NCBI GenBank assembly: GCA_964423465.1
Contig: CAYRFK010000006.1
Location: forward strand, 1-49,612
Direction: 5' to 3'
DNA from: an uncultured Verrucomicrobiota bacterium
Lineage (GTDB): Bacteria > Verrucomicrobiota > Kiritimatiellia > PWTM01
Length of the DNA stretch: 49,612 nt
A program made the translations under genes and the position numbers. This document shows, in pieces, positions 46,377 through 49,612 of this stretch. Below the pieces are notes generated by a model that ran no database searches, had not been told where the DNA came from, and saw only the letters and a program-made list of their open reading frames with translations. The stretch's first letter is position 1. Each line of letters opens with the position of its first letter.

Positions 46377-48040
46377 AAGCCCTCGCCATTCTGCGAGTCT
46401 TCCTCTGCCTTCTTCCGGCCGCGATAGCTTGCGCCGGCGTGCCGCATCCAAACATCGTCTACATCATCGCCGACGACCTCGGGTACGGCGACGTGCAGTG
46501 CCTGAACCCGCAGCGCGGGCGGATTCCGACGCCCAACATCGACCGGCTGGCGCGGGAGGGGATGACCTTCACGGATGCGCACTCGGGATCGTCCGTCTGC
46601 ACGCCGACGCGCTACGGCGTGCTCACCGGGCGCTACGCGTGGCGGACGCGGCTTCAGAAGGGCGTGCTGGACGACTATGTGACGCCGTTGATTGCGCCCG
46701 ACCGCCTGACCGTCCCTGCGTTGTTGAAGCAGCACGGCTACGACACCGCCTGCGTCGGCAAGTGGCACTTGGGATTCACGGTCGACGGCGGGAAGAGCGG
46801 CAAGAAGGGAAAGGGTGGATCCGCCGGGGCGCCGGTCGGCGCGCGGACGGAGGACGGTCCGATCTCGCGCGGCTTCGACCACTTCTTCGGCTTTCACCAT
46901 GCGCGGATGATGAAGTCGCTCTTCGTTGACGATCGCGTCACGGCGCTCGTCGAGCCGGTCGATATGCTGCCGGGGCTTGCCCGGCATGCGGCAGAGTACA
47001 TCCTGCTGCAAACATCGAACACCGAACACCGAACATCGAACATCGAACATCGAACGGCGGACAGCATCCAACATCCAACACCCAACATCCAATCCGGGCG
47101 GCCGTTCTTCCTCTATCTTGCGCTCAGTTCGCCGCACACGCCGATCGTGCCGTCGAAGGCGTGGCAGGGGAGGAGCGGGCTTGGCGACTACGGCGACTTC
47201 GTGATGGAGACCGACGGGGCGGTGGGCGAGGTGCTGGCGGCGCTGGACGCGTCGGGTGTGGCGTCGAACACGCTGGTCATCTTCACCAGCGATAACGGCT
47301 GTTCACCCGCGGCGGGCATCGACAAGTTGGAGAAGCAGGGGCACTTTCCCAGCGCGCAGTTTCGCGGCACCAAAGCGGATATCTGGGATGGCGGGCACCG
47401 CATTCCGTTCATCGTCCGCTGGCCCGGCGCGGTCGCGGCCGGCTCGACGAACGGCGGCCTCGTGTGCCTGACCGACCTGATGGCGACCTGTGCGGATCTC
47501 GTTGCCGTGACGCTGCCGGACAACGCCGGAGAGGATAGCGTGAGCCTGCTCCCCGCGCTGGGTGCGGGGAGGAACGCAGAACACCGAACATCGAACACCG
47601 AACATCGAACGGCGGACAACAGCCAACAGCCAACAACCAACATCCAACGCGAAACGCGGAACCCGGAACGCGGAACCACGGCCACACCGCCATACGGCCA
47701 TACGGCCACACCTCCGGATGCGCCGCCTTCGCCGGGCGCCCGGCCGCCCGTCGTCCACCACAGCATCAGCGGCCGCTTTGCGATCCGGGACGGTCGTTGG
47801 AAGCTGTGTCTCTGCGCCGGGAGCGGCGGGTGGAGCAAGGGCAGGGGGACGGAGTCGCCGCAGCTCTACGATATGGCGGCCGACCCGGGCGAGACGACGA
47901 ACCTCGCCGCAGCGAACCCGGAGATCGTGGCGCGGCTGACGGCGGCGCTCGGACGCATCGTGGCCGGCGGCCGCAGTACGCCCGGCGCGCCGCAGGCGAA
48001 CGATGTCCGGGTCGATCCCGCCGGCGCGGGTGGCCGGTAG
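46373..48040 (+). CDS. Arylsulfatase (S1) carrying two in-frame low-complexity repeat insertions
   Basis: [58 protein letters not shown]. Confidence 0.93.
   Translation: MKALAILRVFLCLLPAAIACAGVPHPNIVYIIADDLGYGDVQCLNPQRGRIPTPNIDRLAREGMTFTDAHSGSSVCTPTRYGVLTGRYAWRTRLQKGVLDDYVTPLIAPDRLTVPALLKQHGYDTACVGKWHLGFTVDGGKSGKKGKGGSAGAPVGARTEDGPISRGFDHFFGFHHARMMKSLFVDDRVTALVEPVDMLPGLARHAAEYILLQTSNTEHRTSNIEHRTADSIQHPTPNIQSGRPFFLYLALSSPHTPIVPSKAWQGRSGLGDYGDFVMETDGAVGEVLAALDASGVASNTLVIFTSDNGCSPAAGIDKLEKQGHFPSAQFRGTKADIWDGGHRIPFIVRWPGAVAAGSTNGGLVCLTDLMATCADLVAVTLPDNAGEDSVSLLPALGAGRNAEHRTSNTEHRTADNSQQPTTNIQRETRNPERGTTATPPYGHTATPPDAPPSPGARPPVVHHSISGRFAIRDGRWKLCLCAGSGGWSKGRGTESPQLYDMAADPGETTNLAAANPEIVARLTAALGRIVAGGRSTPGAPQANDVRVDPAGAGGR
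47010..47096 (+). repeat. Intragenic composite heptamer tract 1
   Basis: AAACATC (GAACACC)2 (GAACATC)3 GAACGGC GGA CAGCATC CAACATC CAACACC CAACATC CAATCCG. Confidence 0.92.
47572..47716 (+). repeat. Intragenic composite heptamer/octamer tract 2
   Basis: GAACGCA (GAACACC GAACATC)2 GAACGGC GGA (CAACAGC)2 CAACAAC CAACATC CAACGCG AAACGCG GAACCCG GAACGCG, then octamers CACGGCCA CACCGCCA (TACGGCCA)2. Confidence 0.92.
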
Positions 48041-48179
48041 GGTTCGATTGACCGGCCGGCGGGCCGCTCGCGGGCGCGGGAACACGATCGGTCCCGGGTC
48101 GCCGCGCTTGACCTTGGGGGGCGGGTTCCGCAGGATGCTGGGCTTTCACGCCATATCCCGAAGGCAGACGGGGGAGATC

Positions 48180-49612
48180 ATGAACGAACAGGCGAACGTG
48201 TCGATGGAAACGCTGGCGTCGCTGTGCAAGCGGCGCGGCTTCATTTTCCCCGGGTCCGAGATCTACGGCGGGCTGAACGGCTTCTGGGACTACGGCCCCC
48301 TCGGCTGCGAGTTGAAGCGGAATGTGCGCGAGGCGTGGTGGCGGATGGTCGTGCAGCGGCGCGACGACGTCGTCGGCCTCGACTCGGCCATCATCCTGCA
48401 CCCGCGCGCCTGGGAGGCCTCCGGCCATGTCGGCGGCTTCGCGGACCCGATGGTCGACTGCCGCCAGTGCCGCAAGCGCTTCCGTGCCGACCAACTCTGC
48501 GAGGAGCAGGGGATGAAGCTCGGAAAGTCGGACGACGGCAAGACGTTCGTCCTGCCCGAGGGTGTGAAGTGCACGGCGTGCGGATCGAAGGATCTGACCC
48601 CGCCGCGCGCGTTCAACCTGATGTTCAAGACGTTCGTCGGTCCGGTCGAGGATGATTCGGCCACCGCCTACCTGCGGCCCGAGACGGCGCAGGGGATCTT
48701 CGTCAACTTCAACAACGTGGTCGACACGGCGCGCGTGAAGGTGCCCTTCGGCATCGCGCAGATCGGGAAGGCCTTCCGAAACGAGATCAACCAGCGCAAC
48801 TTCACGTTCCGCTCGCGCGAGTTCGAGCAGATGGAGCTGGAATTCTTCATCAAGCCGGGCACCGATGCCGAGTGGCACGAGTATTGGGTCGCGGAGCGAC
48901 TGAAGTGGTACCAGACCATCGGCCTGCCCGAGGGCCGCCTCCACCGCTACGTCTACCCCAAGGAGGAACTGGCCCACTACGCGAGCGCGTGCGTCGACGT
49001 GATGTACGAGTTCCCCTTCGGCACGCAGGAGCTCGAGGGCATCGCGGCGCGCGGCAATTTCGACCTCAGCCGCCATCAGGAATTCAGCGGCAAGTCGATG
49101 GAGTACTTCGACCAGGAGAAGAACGAGCGATTCATCCCGCACGTCGTCGAGCCGTCCGCCGGCGTCGACCGCATCACGCTGGCTGTCCTCTGCGAGGCCT
49201 ACCGCGAGGAATGGGTGCCCGCGGGCGACACGCCCGGCGGCGTGCTCCCGGCCGAGCCGGGCAAGCCCGCTCCGCAGGGCTACGAGGTCCGCACGGTCAT
49301 GAAGTTCGCGCCCTGCGTCGCGCCGATCAAGGCGGCCGTCTTCCCGCTGCTCAAGAACAAGCCCGAGCTGGTCGCGAAGGCCCGCGAGATCCACGAGACG
49401 CTCAAGCGCCGCTGGAATGTGTTCTACGACCAGACCGGCGCCATCGGCCGCCGCTACCGCCGTCAGGACGAGGCTGGAACGCCGTTCGGCATCACGGTCG
49501 ACTTCCAGACGCTCGAGGATGGCACCGTCACCCTGCGCGACCGCGACACGATGAAGCAGGAGCGCATCCCCGCCGCCGAGCTCACCGCGCGCATCGCGGG
49601 GGCGGTCGAGGG
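48180..49612 (+). CDS. glyQS: Glycine--tRNA ligase, alpha2 (homodimeric) type; runs off the window end
   Basis: Read directly (not in the ORF track): [94 protein letters not shown]; RBS GGGGAG. Confidence 0.97.
   Translation, partial: MNEQANVSMETLASLCKRRGFIFPGSEIYGGLNGFWDYGPLGCELKRNVREAWWRMVVQRRDDVVGLDSAIILHPRAWEASGHVGGFADPMVDCRQCRKRFRADQLCEEQGMKLGKSDDGKTFVLPEGVKCTACGSKDLTPPRAFNLMFKTFVGPVEDDSATAYLRPETAQGIFVNFNNVVDTARVKVPFGIAQIGKAFRNEINQRNFTFRSREFEQMELEFFIKPGTDAEWHEYWVAERLKWYQTIGLPEGRLHRYVYPKEELAHYASACVDVMYEFPFGTQELEGIAARGNFDLSRHQEFSGKSMEYFDQEKNERFIPHVVEPSAGVDRITLAVLCEAYREEWVPAGDTPGGVLPAEPGKPAPQGYEVRTVMKFAPCVAPIKAAVFPLLKNKPELVAKAREIHETLKRRWNVFYDQTGAIGRRYRRQDEAGTPFGITVDFQTLEDGTVTLRDRDTMKQERIPAAELTARIAGAVE

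Noticed and set aside
47766-49394. 542-aa minus-strand ORF
   Set aside because: Antisense to glyQS, which the ORF track missed because it has no stop in the window.

Overview
GC-rich bacterial window. The sulfatase and glycosidase load plus an alpha2-type GlyRS suggest a PVC-group host such as Kiritimatiellota or Lentisphaerota (inference only). Region 1-22.9 kb is the distal part of a Wzx/Wzy surface-polysaccharide locus. It has WbpD/WbpI-like enzymes, GT4s, amide- and acyl-decorating enzymes, an aminotransferase/decarboxylase/aldolase trio, and an unusual VanZ-PglF/CapD-receiver fusion ORF. Region 22.9-29.1 kb is a compact, apparently complete RiPP-like cluster: a 61-aa precursor (YxxP leader, 3 Cys spaced 13 apart, C-terminal Ser), HPr-kinase-like P-loop protein, S24/S26 peptidase, ABC exporter, stand-alone PqqD/RRE, radical SAM/SPASM enzyme and a convergent nucleotidyltransferase. 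tRNA-Phe follows. Region 29.5-49.6 kb holds an eboF/eboD-like pair, a large secreted glycosidase-like protein, a PaaX-like gene bracketed by two 40-bp AT-rich palindromes, dapB, an ABM/LsrG protein, three sulfatases, two further glycoside hydrolases, a frameshifted rhamnosidase remnant and glyQS. Degenerate 7-bp tandem repeats occur four times, twice inserted in frame inside one sulfatase. All assignments come from motif reading; no database searches were run.
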